Shown: positions 19,780-30,100 of the stretch, piece after piece
Position numbering within the stretch: the first letter of the stretch is position 1
Layout: every line of letters starts with the position of its first letter
Source of the DNA: Acidimicrobiales bacterium
Lineage (GTDB): Bacteria; Actinomycetota; Acidimicrobiia; Acidimicrobiales; VFJN01
Direction of reading: 5' to 3'
NCBI GenBank assembly: GCA_040902805.1
Contig: JBBDWQ010000026.1
Location: 4,392 to 68,391 of the forward strand
DNA: 64,000 nucleotides
Translations under genes and position numbers: made by a program
Notes under the pieces: generated by a model
What the model was told of the DNA's origin: nothing
Seen by the model: the letters and a program-made list of their open reading frames with translations, nothing else
Database searches by the model: none

Positions 19780-19853
19780 CCGCGCCGCCCCCGCTTCGCC
19801 ATGGTTACCTTCCTCTGCAGCGCAGTCGTGGATCGCATCGACGCACTCAGGGC

Positions 19854-21119
19854 TTAGGTCAGCCCCAGCATGCGGCGGGCGTTGCCGCGCATGATCTTCT
19901 CGACCGCATCCGTTGGCACGGTGCGCATCAGCTCGATGGCGACTGCTTTGGTGTTCGGCCACGTCGAGTCGGTGTGGGGGTAGTCGGTCTCGAAGGTGAT
20001 GTTGTCGACACCCACCTTGTCGATGGCGTCGATCCCGTGCTGGTCGCGGAAGAAGCAGCCGTAGATCTGGCGGTAGTAGTAGGTCGACGGCGGCTCGGGC
20101 ACCAGGTCGGCTACCTCACCCCAGGCACGATGCTCGCTCCACACCGTGTCGGCGCGCTCGAGGATGTAGGGGATCCATCCGATCTGGCCCTCGCTGTAGG
20201 CCAGCTTCACCTCCGGGAACTGCACGAGCTTGCCCGAGAAGAGCCAGTCGCTCATCGACGCCATCGCGTTGTTGAAGCTGAGCGTGGCGGCGACAGCGAT
20301 GGGGGCGTCGCCGGAGGTGGCGGGCATGCGTGATGACGAGCCGATGTGCATGCAGATCACCGTTTGCGTGTCCTCACATGCGGCGATGAACGGGTCCCAT
20401 TCGCCGGAGTGGATCGACGGTAGGCCGAGGTGGGGCGGGATCTCGCTGAAGCACACCGCACGGGCGCCGCGCTCAGCGTTGCGCACGACCTCCTTGGCGG
20501 CCAGTGTCGCGTCCCACAGCGGGATGATCGGAAGTGGCAGGAGCTGGCCATCGGAGTCACCACACCACTCCTCGACCATCCAGTCGTTGTAGGCGTAGAC
20601 GCACGCTTCGCCGAGCTCGCGGTCCTTGGCTTCGGTGAAGGTCTGACCACAGAAGCGTGGAAACGACGGGAAGCACAGGGATGCCTCGACATGGTTCATC
20701 ATCATGTCCTCGACACGGGCCTTGGGGTCGTAGCAACCCGGGCGCATCTCGTCGTAGGTGATGGGAGAGGCGGTCATGTCGTCGCGGTCGAAGCCCACTG
20801 CCGCGACGTGGCGCTTGTTGATGTAGACGAGGTCCTCGAACACCCAGCAGTCGGCCTGGGGGCCATCAGGATCGAAGGTCTGCTCGTACTGGCCGCCGCC
20901 CGTGTGGCGCATGTGGCCGATGCCGCGCCGCTCCACCTTCGGACCGCGATCACGGAGGCGCTCGGGCAGCCACGTGTCCCAGACGTGCGGCGGCTCGACG
21001 ACGTGGTCATCGACGCTCACGATCGTCGGCAGCTCCCAGCCGTCGGGGCGCTCGGCGGCGGTGCCGGTGGCGGCGGGTGTCGGGGCTGAGGGCGCCGAGT
21101 CGGTGACGGTCATGGGCAC
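19854..21119 (-). CDS. Amidohydrolase_2 family protein (paralog A)
   Basis: SVDDH, MHIGSSS, SEGQIGW, FETDYPH. Confidence 0.92.
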   Translation of the reverse strand: MPMTVTDSAPSAPTPAATGTAAERPDGWELPTIVSVDDHVVEPPHVWDTWLPERLRDRGPKVERRGIGHMRHTGGGQYEQTFDPDGPQADCWVFEDLVYINKRHVAAVGFDRDDMTASPITYDEMRPGCYDPKARVEDMMMNHVEASLCFPSFPRFCGQTFTEAKDRELGEACVYAYNDWMVEEWCGDSDGQLLPLPIIPLWDATLAAKEVVRNAERGARAVCFSEIPPHLGLPSIHSGEWDPFIAACEDTQTVICMHIGSSSRMPATSGDAPIAVAATLSFNNAMASMSDWLFSGKLVQFPEVKLAYSEGQIGWIPYILERADTVWSEHRAWGEVADLVPEPPSTYYYRQIYGCFFRDQHGIDAIDKVGVDNITFETDYPHTDSTWPNTKAVAIELMRTVPTDAVEKIMRGNARRMLGLT

Positions 21120-21134
21120 GGTCTCCAGATCGGG

Positions 21135-21153
21135 ATCTGACGGTGTGTCAGAT
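21135..21153. promoter_or_regulatory. Operator family B, copy 2 (perfect)
   Basis: ATCTGAC GGTGT GTCAGAT between divergent amidohydrolase and cysteine hydrolase-fadD-tetR operon. Confidence 0.85.
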
Positions 21154-21181
21154 TCTAGGCCAGGCCGGTAGTGTCAGCGCC

Positions 21182-21802
21182 ATGCCGCTGGATCTCACCG
21201 CGCTGCTGGACCCTGCCCACACAGCGGTCGTCACCTCCGAGGTGCAGAACGGCGTGGTGGGCGTGCCGTCGGCGCTTCCGGAGCTGGCCGCCGAAGCGGG
21301 GCGCGAGATGCTCCCGAACCTGGGTCGGCTCCTGCCGGTCGCCCGCGCCGCGGGGGTGCAGGTGGTCCACTGCACCGCCTACCGCCGCGCCGATGGCAAA
21401 GGCGCCAACGCGAACGCCCGCCTGTTCCGCGGTGTCCAGAAGTCGCCGGTGCCGTTGCTGCCGGGCACGGCCGCCGTCGAGGTGGCCGCCGAGCTCGGGC
21501 CGGAGCCGGACGACCTGGTACTTGCGCGCACGCACGGCCTCGACCCGATGACCGGCACCGACCTCGACCCCGTGCTTCGCAACCTTGGCGTGAGCACGAT
21601 CGTGGTCACCGGCGTCTCGGTGAACGTTGCCATCACCAATCTCGTGATGGATGCCGTGAACCGCGGCTACTCCGTGGTGCTGCCGCGTGATGCGGTCTGT
21701 GGCTTGCCGCGCGAGTACGCGGATGCCGTCATCGACAACACACTCGCGCTGCTCGCGGCGATCGTCACGACCGACGAGCTCATCGACATCTGGAAGGGCT
21801 GA
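21182..21802 (+). CDS. Isochorismatase/cysteine hydrolase family protein (degenerate triad)
   Basis: PAHTAVVTSEVQN, TDLDPVLRNLGVSTIVVTGVS, DAVNRGY. Confidence 0.85.
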   Translation: MPLDLTALLDPAHTAVVTSEVQNGVVGVPSALPELAAEAGREMLPNLGRLLPVARAAGVQVVHCTAYRRADGKGANANARLFRGVQKSPVPLLPGTAAVEVAAELGPEPDDLVLARTHGLDPMTGTDLDPVLRNLGVSTIVVTGVSVNVAITNLVMDAVNRGYSVVLPRDAVCGLPREYADAVIDNTLALLAAIVTTDELIDIWKG

Positions 21803-21807
21803 TCGCC

Positions 21808-23421
21808 ATGGGGGCGATGGAGACCGGCATCCGCGGGGATCTCGAGTGGGGCACCACTCCCGCGCTCCTGCGTTCGGCTGCCGATCGCTTTGGCGACGCC
21901 GAAGCCGTGGTGGACGGTGACGTGCGGCTGACCTTCAGCGCCCTTGCCGTTGAAGTCGACGCGGCCGGCCGAGCCTTCGTGGCTGCGGGCGTGGAGGCTG
22001 GGGACCGGGTGGCGATCTGGTCGCCGAACGTGTGGGAGTGGATCGTGGCACTGCTTGGCCTGCAGTCGGCCGGCGCGGTGGTGGTGCCGATCAACACTCG
22101 GTACAAGGGCGAGGAAGCGGCGTACATCCTGCGCAAGAGCCGGGCCCGCATCCTGGTGACCGTCGATGGGTTCCTTGGCAACGACTACGTCGCCATGCTC
22201 GACCGCCACGACCTGCCTGACCTCGAGCTCACGGTTGTGCTTCGCGGCGATGCACCCGCAGGGATCCGTACCTGGGCCGACTTCCTGGCCGATGGCGCCT
22301 CCGTGGATCAGGCCGAGATCGATGCCCGGGTGGCTTCCCTCGGTCCGGACGACGTCTCGGACATCCTGTTCACCTCGGGCACGACCGGGAACCCGAAAGG
22401 TGTGGTGGCGACCCACGGCCAGACCGTGCGGGGCTTCGCCGACTGGGCCGCCATCGTCGGCTTGCGGGCCGACGATCGCTATCTCGTCGTGAACCCGTTC
22501 TTCCACTCGTTCGGCTACAAGGCCGGGATCATCGCATCACTCACCGTTGGGGCGACGATCGTGCCGCAGGCCGTGTTCGACATCCCTATGGCGATGGCCA
22601 ACGTCGCCGAGCATCACATCACCGCACTGCCCGGGCCGCCGGCGATCTATCAGACGTTCCTCAACCATCCCGACCTCGACCGCGCCGCGATGCAGTCGCT
22701 CCGCCTCGCCGTCACTGGTGCTGCCCCCGTGCCGGTCGAGCTGATCAAGCGGATGGAGGACGAGCTCGGGTTCGAGACGGTCGTCACGGCCTACGGCCTC
22801 ACGGAGACCTGCGGCATCGTGAGCGTGTGCTGGCCCGACGACCCCCCCGAGCTGATCTCGGGCAGCTCAGGGCGGGCGATCCCAGGAGTTGAGGTGCGCG
22901 TTGTCGACGACGACGGCAACGACGTGTCCACCGGCGAAGCGGGCGAGATCATGGTGCGCGGCTACAACGTCATGCGCGAGTACTTCGAGGACCCGGAGCA
23001 AACGGCCGCCACCATCGACGTGGACGGCTGGCTGCACACCGGCGACGTCGGGACGATGGACGCGGACGGCTACCTGACCATCACCGACCGCAAGAAGGAC
23101 ATGTTCATCACTGGCGGGTTCAACGTCTATCCGGCCGAGGTGGAGCGCTTGCTCCTCACGCATCCAGCGATCGCGCAGGCGGCGTTGATCGGTGTCGACG
23201 ACGAGCGCATGGGTGAGGTGGGCTTGGCCTTTGTGGTGGCTGCTGTCGGGACGTCACTCGTTGCCGAGGATGTCATCGCCTGGGCGCGGGAGCACATGGC
23301 CAACTTCAAGATCCCGCGGCAGGTGCACTTGGTCGACGCGCTCCCGATGAATGCCAGCAACAAGGTGCTCAAGATCGAGCTGCGCGAGCTGGCTGCTCAG
23401 TACGATCGAACCCATGGCTGA
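21808..23421 (+). CDS. FadD3-like acyl-CoA synthetase
   Basis: FTSGTTGNPKG, NPFFHSFGYKAG, AYGLTE, HTGDVG. Confidence 0.9.
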   Translation: MGAMETGIRGDLEWGTTPALLRSAADRFGDAEAVVDGDVRLTFSALAVEVDAAGRAFVAAGVEAGDRVAIWSPNVWEWIVALLGLQSAGAVVVPINTRYKGEEAAYILRKSRARILVTVDGFLGNDYVAMLDRHDLPDLELTVVLRGDAPAGIRTWADFLADGASVDQAEIDARVASLGPDDVSDILFTSGTTGNPKGVVATHGQTVRGFADWAAIVGLRADDRYLVVNPFFHSFGYKAGIIASLTVGATIVPQAVFDIPMAMANVAEHHITALPGPPAIYQTFLNHPDLDRAAMQSLRLAVTGAAPVPVELIKRMEDELGFETVVTAYGLTETCGIVSVCWPDDPPELISGSSGRAIPGVEVRVVDDDGNDVSTGEAGEIMVRGYNVMREYFEDPEQTAATIDVDGWLHTGDVGTMDADGYLTITDRKKDMFITGGFNVYPAEVERLLLTHPAIAQAALIGVDDERMGEVGLAFVVAAVGTSLVAEDVIAWAREHMANFKIPRQVHLVDALPMNASNKVLKIELRELAAQYDRTHG

Positions 23422-24109
23422 CGTCACCCCTCTCCGCCGCGTCACCGGCGAGCCGGTCGCTGAGGAGGACGACCTGCGGGCCGCCGACGGCCGAGTTCCG
23501 GGTCGCCGCGGACGAGCCACGCGTCAGCGACTGCTCGAGTGCACCGGCGAGATGCTCGCCGTCACGTCCTACCGCGACGTGAAGGTCATCGACATCGCCC
23601 GCGAGGCGGGCACGTCCCCGGCGACGTTCTACCAGTACTTCGCGGACGTCGAAGCGGCCATCTTGGTACTGGCCGAGGAGATGGCACAGCAAGGGGCCCA
23701 TCTCACCGAGATCATCGCGGCGGGCTCGTGGGACGGCGATGATGCGGCCGCCACCGCACTTTCGCTCGTCGACGCGTTCCTGCGCTTCTGGGACGAGCAC
23801 CGCGCGGTGCTGCGGGTGATGGACCTCGCCACCGACGAAGGAGACGGTCGCTTTCAGAAGATCCGTGTCGGTCTGCTCAACGGCATCACGCGTGCCCTCG
23901 CTGAGGTGACGCGGTCCTCCCAGGTCGCCGGTCGGCTTCCGAAGGGCATCGACTCAATGGCGACGGCCGGGATCCTGGTGTCGATGCTGGCCCACGTCGC
24001 AGCCCACCAGTACGGATTCGAGTTCTGGGGCATCCGTACCGCAGACCTGCGGGCATCCATGGCCCGACAGGTGTCCTGGGGGGTCACCGGGGTCGTGCCT
24101 CGCGACTGA
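23414..24109 (+). CDS. TetR family transcriptional regulator
   Basis: ATRQRLL...VIDIAREAGTSPATFYQYF HTH; overlaps the upstream stop. Confidence 0.92.
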   Translation: MADVTPLRRVTGEPVAEEDDLRAADGRVPGRRGRATRQRLLECTGEMLAVTSYRDVKVIDIAREAGTSPATFYQYFADVEAAILVLAEEMAQQGAHLTEIIAAGSWDGDDAAATALSLVDAFLRFWDEHRAVLRVMDLATDEGDGRFQKIRVGLLNGITRALAEVTRSSQVAGRLPKGIDSMATAGILVSMLAHVAAHQYGFEFWGIRTADLRASMARQVSWGVTGVVPRD

Positions 24110-24137
24110 CCGGCGCCGAGTCCACCACAATGGTGGG

Positions 24138-24629
24138 ATGACGGATGTCAACGAGACCAATCTGCCCGGCGTCGGACTGCGGCACGAGTTCGTGTGCGCC
24201 AGCGGTGATCGCATCGGTCTGATCACCCGACACTCAGGTCGTCGTGAGCTGCTGGTGCTGGACAAGGACGACCCTGACTACGTGAGCGAGTCGGTCGCCA
24301 TGACGCCGGTCGAGGCGCGGGTGCTGGCCGATCTACTGGGAGGCTCGACGTTGGCCGAGCGCTTCGACGACCTTCGCCAGCACATCGCTGGGTTGTCGAT
24401 CGACTGGTTGCCGGTGTCGCCTCGAAGTCGGTTCGTGGGGTCGGCGTTGGGAGCGACCGAGATGCGCACCAGGACCGGTGTGTCGGTGATCGCCATCTTG
24501 CGCGCTGGGTCGCCGATCCCGGCTCCGGGACCCGATGACGTTCTGCGCGCCGACGACACCGTGGTGGTGGTGGGCTTGGCCGAGGGCATTGACGCCGCTG
24601 CCCGCCTTCTGGCTGAGCCTGACGCGTGA
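24138..24629 (+). CDS. khtT: K+/H+ antiporter regulatory subunit (KhtT-like, RCK_C)
   Basis: ETNLPGVG, C-terminal TrkA-C (RTRTGVSVIAILR...PGPD). Confidence 0.85.
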   Translation: MTDVNETNLPGVGLRHEFVCASGDRIGLITRHSGRRELLVLDKDDPDYVSESVAMTPVEARVLADLLGGSTLAERFDDLRQHIAGLSIDWLPVSPRSRFVGSALGATEMRTRTGVSVIAILRAGSPIPAPGPDDVLRADDTVVVVGLAEGIDAAARLLAEPDA

Positions 24630-25804
24630 TCCTGGCGTCCACGCCGGGAACAGCCGCCCTGCTCATCGAGCTGGGTGGGATCCTGATCGGGTTGGCCGTG
24701 GTCGGCCGCCTCGCTGCTCGCGTCGGTCTGCCCGCCATTCCGCTGTACCTCATCGCGGGCCTCGCGGTTGGCGACGGCGGGGTGGTCGAGCTGCTGACGG
24801 CGCGCGGCTTCATCGAGGCCGGGGCGCAGATCGGGACGATACTTCTGCTGCTGCTCCTCGGTCTGGAGTACTCAGGTGCGGAGCTCGTCGGCGCGTTGCG
24901 ACAGAACAGTCGAGCCGGACTACTGGACCTCGTCCTGAATCTCAGCCCTGGGCTCGCAGCAGGCCTGCTGCTCGGGTGGGGGTTCACCGGCGCCCTGCTG
25001 CTCGGCGGGATCACCTACATCTCGTCGTCAGGGATCATCGCCCGCGTCCTCGATGACCTTGGGAACACCGGTAACCGCGAGACGCCAGTGGTGCTGTCGA
25101 TCCTCGTGACCGAGGACTTGGTGATGGCGTTCTACCTGCCTCTGATCGCCGGTCTGCTCATCGGTGGTGATCCGTTCGACATCGGCCTCGAGATCACCGC
25201 CGCTGTGCTTGCGGTGTTGGTCGCCCTTGCCGTCGCGGTGCGGTTCGGACCTCGTTTGAGCGAGATGATCTTCACTCGCTCGGAGGAGTTCCTCCTGCTC
25301 AGCCTCATGGGAGCGGCGCTGCTCGTGGCAGGAGTGGCAGAACAGCTCCGTGCCTCCGCTGCCGTGGGAGCGTTCCTGGTTGGCATCGCGCTCAGCGGCC
25401 CGGCGGAGAAGCAGGCCCGACAGCTCCTTGCGCCGCTGCGCGATCTGTTCGCGGCGATGTTCTTCGTCTTCTTTGGGCTGCAGATCGATCCGTCGAAGCT
25501 TCCGGCGGCGTTGGCGACGGCTGGAGCGCTGGCGTTGGTGACGGCAGCCACGAAGGTTGCTACTGGGTGGTGGAGCGCGCGGGCCGCTGGTGTCGGTAGG
25601 CCCGGCCGACTTCGCGCGGGCGCTCTGCTCGTTGCGCGCGGCGAGTTCTCGATCGTGATCGCAGGCATCGCCGTGGCTGAGGGCGCGGACTCGCGGATCG
25701 GCCCGGTCGCTGCTGCCTACGTGCTGATCCTCGCCGTGGCCGGCCCACTCTTCGCCAAGGTCGTTGATCCGATGGCGCGCCGACTCGGTCCCGCAGTCAG
25801 ATAG
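24626..25804 (+). CDS. khtU: CPA2 cation:proton antiporter (KhtU-like)
   Basis: LGLEYS, ISSSGI, LVTED, RDLFAA, RGEFS. Confidence 0.88.
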   Translation: MILASTPGTAALLIELGGILIGLAVVGRLAARVGLPAIPLYLIAGLAVGDGGVVELLTARGFIEAGAQIGTILLLLLLGLEYSGAELVGALRQNSRAGLLDLVLNLSPGLAAGLLLGWGFTGALLLGGITYISSSGIIARVLDDLGNTGNRETPVVLSILVTEDLVMAFYLPLIAGLLIGGDPFDIGLEITAAVLAVLVALAVAVRFGPRLSEMIFTRSEEFLLLSLMGAALLVAGVAEQLRASAAVGAFLVGIALSGPAEKQARQLLAPLRDLFAAMFFVFFGLQIDPSKLPAALATAGALALVTAATKVATGWWSARAAGVGRPGRLRAGALLVARGEFSIVIAGIAVAEGADSRIGPVAAAYVLILAVAGPLFAKVVDPMARRLGPAVR

Positions 25805-26630
25805 CGAGAAGGATCGCGGCGGGGATCGCGATGAGGATCCCGATCTGCTGGAGCCGGGCGTAGCGCTCTCGGAGGATGAGGTGCGCGAGGACCACCGTGC
25901 TCACGGGGTACAGCGCGGCCAGCACCGACACCACGCTCAACAGCCCCTCGCGAATGGCGAGGAGGTAGAGCACGTTGGCGGCTACGTCGAGCGCACCTGC
26001 ACCCGCGGTAAGCCGACGAGCGGGACCCCTCGGTACCGCGCCCTCGACTCGACCGAGCACCACGAGGAGCCCGACCAAGGAGACTGATGACAGGCGGGCC
26101 CCCACCAACGGCCACATGCCCGAGTCGTGATCCGTGTAGGAGAGCGCGACGAAGAACAGTCCGAACCCGAGGCCTGCTCCGAGTGCCAGCACGACTCCCC
26201 GGGGATCGGCGGGCCGGTAGCTCCCGCCCCCTTCGGCCGACACGAGCAGGATGGCGACGACAGCTGCTGCCATACCGACCAGCACGAGTGCGCCGGGCCG
26301 CTCACCCTTGGCGAACCCGGCTGTTACCGGCACCGCCGCCGCGAGCAGCGCCGTCACGGGCGCCACAGCGCTCATCGGTCCGATCGCCAGCGCCCGGTAG
26401 AGCAGACCCACGCCGGCGGCTCCCGCCAGCCCGCCAGCTGCGCCCAACCACAGCGCTCGCCCCGTCAGGTCTCCGGAGATGATGAAGGTGAGCGTGACCA
26501 GAAGCACCACGCCTACGACGTGCGACCACCAGAGCACAGCGGTGGCTGGTGCCCGCTTGGCGGCCAGCCCGCCGAAGAAGTCCCCCACGCCGTAGGTGGC
26601 CGCGGAGCAGAGCGCCAAGAGCACCGCCAT
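25797..26630 (-). CDS. EamA/DMT family transporter
   Basis: YGVGDFFGG, GPMSAVAP, ALYPVSTV; about 10 TM. Confidence 0.88.
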   Translation of the reverse strand: MAVLLALCSAATYGVGDFFGGLAAKRAPATAVLWWSHVVGVVLLVTLTFIISGDLTGRALWLGAAGGLAGAAGVGLLYRALAIGPMSAVAPVTALLAAAVPVTAGFAKGERPGALVLVGMAAAVVAILLVSAEGGGSYRPADPRGVVLALGAGLGFGLFFVALSYTDHDSGMWPLVGARLSSVSLVGLLVVLGRVEGAVPRGPARRLTAGAGALDVAANVLYLLAIREGLLSVVSVLAALYPVSTVVLAHLILRERYARLQQIGILIAIPAAILLAI

Positions 26631-26646
26631 GAGGGACGCAGACTAC

Positions 26647-26664
26647 GCTAGAACGCGTTCTAGT
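26647..26664. promoter_or_regulatory. KstR-type operator, copy 1
   Basis: GCTAGAACGCGTTCTAGT fits TnnAACnnGTTnnA; lies between divergent eamA and LLM genes. Confidence 0.85.
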
Positions 26665-26683
26665 TTTCGCGGAGGAGGGGAAC

Positions 26684-27610
26684 GTGGACCAACCGGTGGT
26701 GTTCGGAATGCAGCTGCCGGTGCAGTCGCAGAGCACCATGTACGCGCGCCCCTGGGAGGCCAGCGCCGGGGTCGACGAGCTCATCGCTGTCGCGCAGGCC
26801 TGCGACGCAGCCGGCTTCGATTACATCGCGGTGTGCGATCACGTCGCGATCCCGCGCTCCAACGCGGAGGCGATGAGCACAGCGTGGTGGGACACAATCG
26901 CCACCCTGTCGTACCTCGCCGCTGTCACAGAGCGCGTGCGACTGCTCAGCCACGTCTACGTGCTGCCGTATCGGCATCCGCTCGTGGTGGCAAAGGCGTG
27001 GGCCACGTTGGACGCGCTGTCGCATGGCCGGGCGATCCTCGGCGTGGGAGCGGGTCATGTCGCCGACGAGTTCGCGGCCCTCGACGTGGTCTTCGAGAAG
27101 CGGGGGCGACTGCTCGACGAGGGGATCGACGCGGTTCGTGCCGCCCTCACCGACGAGTTCGCGTCTCACAAGGGAGAGCACTGGAGCTTCGACGACCTCG
27201 GCCAGCGGCCCCGACCGTCGCAGGCGCGGCTGCCGATCTGGGTAGGTGGCTCGTCGAAACCAGCGATGCGACGAGCCGCCGAGCGGGGAGACGGGTGGCT
27301 GCCCCAGGGGCCGCCCGAGGGTGGGATGGAAGCGGGCATCGCCTTCGTTCGTGCCCATCGGGCTGCAACCCGAGGTGACGAGCCCATCACTCTGGGCTCG
27401 CTGTCCGGCCAGCTCTTCATCGGCGAGCCCGGCTGGGATGTCGGTCGCTGCGTGCAGGGTACGGCGGAGAAGATCGCCGCTTACCTGCGCACTCACCGTG
27501 ATCTCGGCATCGACCAGATCCAGATCGGCTTCGCCAGCCGCTCCGCCCAGGAGATGTGCGATCAGATCGCTCGCTTCGCCGCCGAGGTCGCACCCCTTGT
27601 CAATCAGTAG
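26684..27610 (+). CDS. LLM-class F420-dependent oxidoreductase
   Basis: GFDYIAVCDH, TLDALSHGRAILGVGAG, PIWVGG, GDGW. Confidence 0.9.
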   Translation: MDQPVVFGMQLPVQSQSTMYARPWEASAGVDELIAVAQACDAAGFDYIAVCDHVAIPRSNAEAMSTAWWDTIATLSYLAAVTERVRLLSHVYVLPYRHPLVVAKAWATLDALSHGRAILGVGAGHVADEFAALDVVFEKRGRLLDEGIDAVRAALTDEFASHKGEHWSFDDLGQRPRPSQARLPIWVGGSSKPAMRRAAERGDGWLPQGPPEGGMEAGIAFVRAHRAATRGDEPITLGSLSGQLFIGEPGWDVGRCVQGTAEKIAAYLRTHRDLGIDQIQIGFASRSAQEMCDQIARFAAEVAPLVNQ

Positions 27611-27637
27611 ACATCGAACAACCCGGAGGACCCTCTG

Positions 27638-28417
27638 ATGCTGCTCGACGGGAAGGTGGCCATCGTCTCGGGCATCGGGCCGGGCATGGGCCGTGACATC
27701 TCGCTCCTGTTTGCCGAGCACGGCGCCGACCTCGTCCTTGGGGCGCGGACCGTCGCCAACTGTGAAGCAGTTGCCCACGAGGTGCGTGCCGTGGGCCGCA
27801 AGGCTGAGGTAGTGCGCCTCGACATCACTGACGCCGACTCGTGTCGCGCCGCAGTCGCAGCCGGGGTCGCTGCGTTCGGGGGCATCGACATCCTCGTGAA
27901 CAACGCCTTCGCCGACGGTAACCACAAGACATTTGAGCGCTCGTCCCTCGATGAGTGGAAGGCGACGATGGACGTAAACCTCTGGGGGACCCTCCAGATG
28001 ACCGAAGCCGTGGTGCCCGCCATGACCGAGCGCGGCGGTGGCCACGTCGTGATGATCAACTCCATGTCGACGCACCGCATCGAGGCGACCTTCGGCGCCT
28101 ACGCCACCTCCAAGGGCGCACTCGAGACGGCTACCAAGGTGCTCGCCACGGAGCTCGGCGTGCACGGCATTCGAGTCAACAGCGTGTTCCCTGGGTACAT
28201 CTGGGGCGACAAGGTCGAGTGGTACTTCGAGCATCTCGCGGGCAAGGAGGGGATCACGCCCGAGGAGCACTACCGCCGCGTCGCCGACGAGACGGCGTTG
28301 AAGTACCTGCCGCACTCCAGCGAGATTGCGGGGACGGTTCTGTTCTTCGCGAGCGATCTCTCCAAGCCGGTCACCGGACAGGGCCTCGGCGTCAACGCGG
28401 GGCACTGGATCCCGTGA
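27638..28417 (+). CDS. SDR oxidoreductase
   Basis: SGIGPGMG, NNAF, YATSK. Confidence 0.92.
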   Translation: MLLDGKVAIVSGIGPGMGRDISLLFAEHGADLVLGARTVANCEAVAHEVRAVGRKAEVVRLDITDADSCRAAVAAGVAAFGGIDILVNNAFADGNHKTFERSSLDEWKATMDVNLWGTLQMTEAVVPAMTERGGGHVVMINSMSTHRIEATFGAYATSKGALETATKVLATELGVHGIRVNSVFPGYIWGDKVEWYFEHLAGKEGITPEEHYRRVADETALKYLPHSSEIAGTVLFFASDLSKPVTGQGLGVNAGHWIP

Positions 28418-28752
28418 TCAAGCTCACCGTTCTCGTGAAGCGGAATGCCGCTCTGTCCGTGGAGGACTTCCACGCCGAGTGGCGAGACCACGGCCGCATG
28501 ATCGCGGCCGAGCCCGTCTTCGGTCGGTACATCAAGCGCTATGAGCAGCATCACCGGGTGGCCGCCGACTACCGCAACGGTCAGGATTACGACGGGATGG
28601 CAGTCCAGTGGTTCGACTCGTACCGTGAATTCATCGATCTGATCTCCACGCCCGAGTATCGGGCGAAGATGCAGCCTGACGAGGAGCGAATCCTCGACCC
28701 GGACGGCCTCGTGGTCCTCTTCACCGAGGAAGCAGAGGTCTACATCCAATGA
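28414..28752 (+). CDS. EthD family dimeric alpha/beta barrel protein
   Basis: IKLTVLVKR...EDFHAEWRDH, YDGMA, PDEERI. Confidence 0.8.
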   Translation: MIKLTVLVKRNAALSVEDFHAEWRDHGRMIAAEPVFGRYIKRYEQHHRVAADYRNGQDYDGMAVQWFDSYREFIDLISTPEYRAKMQPDEERILDPDGLVVLFTEEAEVYIQ

Positions 28753-28768
28753 GCGAGGTCGACATCTC

Positions 28769-29500
28769 GTGAGCGAGGATCTCGCGGGCAAGGACCTCGA
28801 CGGCAAGGTGGCTCTCGTCACTGGTGGCGCTTCGGGCATCGGAGCGGCCACCGTTGCCCTGCTGCGCCACCGAGGGGCCACCGTGATCGCCGCCGACCTC
28901 CGCGCTTCGGACGACGTCGAGCCGCTCGATGTCGCTGACGAGGATGCGGTCGCCGACATCGTGGCCTCGATCGGATCGCGCTACGGACGTCTCGATCTCG
29001 CTGCCAACGTGGCCGGCACCCCCGGGGTCTACGCCAACATCGTTGACTCATCGACCGATGTGTGGCGGTCGACGATGGCGGTCAACCTCGACGGCGTGTA
29101 CTTCTGTCTGAGGGCTGAGCTGCGGGCCATGCGAGCGCAGGGATCGGGGTCGATTGTGAACGTTGCGTCGTCCGCCGGACGGATGGGCGTGCCAGGACTC
29201 GCCGCGTACTCCGCGTCGAAGCACGGGGTGATCGGGCTGACCAAGTCGGCGGCGCTCGAGGTGGCGCGTGACGGCATCCGCGTGAACGCTGTGCTGCCCG
29301 GGAGCGTGCGCACGCCGATGCTCCGTGGGTTCGTGGGAGGGGATGAGGAGTTGCTCGAGAAGATGGGTCATCGTGCTCCGATGGGCCGGCTTGGCGAGCC
29401 CGACGAGATCGCCGAGGCCATCGTGTGGCTGCTCTCCGACGCCGCCCGCTTTGTCACCGGCAATGCCCTGGCGCCCGACGGCGGCGTCGCCGCGATCTGA
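28769..29500 (+). CDS. SDR oxidoreductase
   Basis: TGGASGIG, YSASKHG, IRVNAVLPG. Confidence 0.92.
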   Translation: MSEDLAGKDLDGKVALVTGGASGIGAATVALLRHRGATVIAADLRASDDVEPLDVADEDAVADIVASIGSRYGRLDLAANVAGTPGVYANIVDSSTDVWRSTMAVNLDGVYFCLRAELRAMRAQGSGSIVNVASSAGRMGVPGLAAYSASKHGVIGLTKSAALEVARDGIRVNAVLPGSVRTPMLRGFVGGDEELLEKMGHRAPMGRLGEPDEIAEAIVWLLSDAARFVTGNALAPDGGVAAI

Positions 29501-30090
29501 TGGCCTCCCCCAAGGCGATCGTGACCGGTTCCGATGGCGTGGCTCGGTGCTGGTGGCCCGGCGACGACCCGGACTACCTCGCCTACCACGACCAGGAGTG
29601 GGGTCGTCCGATCCACGACGAGCGCGTGCTCTTCGAGCTGCTGTGCCTCGAGGGGTTCCAGGCCGGCCTGGCCTGGATCACCATCTTGCGCAAGCGGCCT
29701 GCCTTTCGTGTGGCGTTTGCGGGCTTCGACATCGACGAGGTGGCCGGCTTCGGGGCGCGTGATGTGAAGCGCCTGCTCGGCGATGCGGGCATCGTGCGCC
29801 ACCGCGGGAAGATCGAGGCAACCATCGCCAATGCGCGGGCGGTGCTTGCCATGCACAGGGACGGCTCGTCGCTCACGGAGGTGGTTTGGTCGTTCGCGCC
29901 GGCGCCACGTCCGAGGCGGCTGCGTACGATTGGGGAGGTTCCACCGCAGACCGCGGAGTCGAAGGCGCTGGCCAAGGAGCTGCGCCAACGGGGAATGAAG
30001 TTCGTCGGGCCGACGACGGTCTACGCGTTCATGCAGTCAGCGGGACTCGTCGACGACCACTTGACGGGTTGTCACTGCAACTCTGGTTGA
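29500..30090 (+). CDS. tag: DNA-3-methyladenine glycosylase I
   Basis: YHDQEWG, LEGFQAGLAWITILRKR, FVGPTTVYAFMQ, DDHLTGC. Confidence 0.95.
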   Translation: MASPKAIVTGSDGVARCWWPGDDPDYLAYHDQEWGRPIHDERVLFELLCLEGFQAGLAWITILRKRPAFRVAFAGFDIDEVAGFGARDVKRLLGDAGIVRHRGKIEATIANARAVLAMHRDGSSLTEVVWSFAPAPRPRRLRTIGEVPPQTAESKALAKELRQRGMKFVGPTTVYAFMQSAGLVDDHLTGCHCNSG

Positions 30091-30100
30091 CGTCTCCTGG

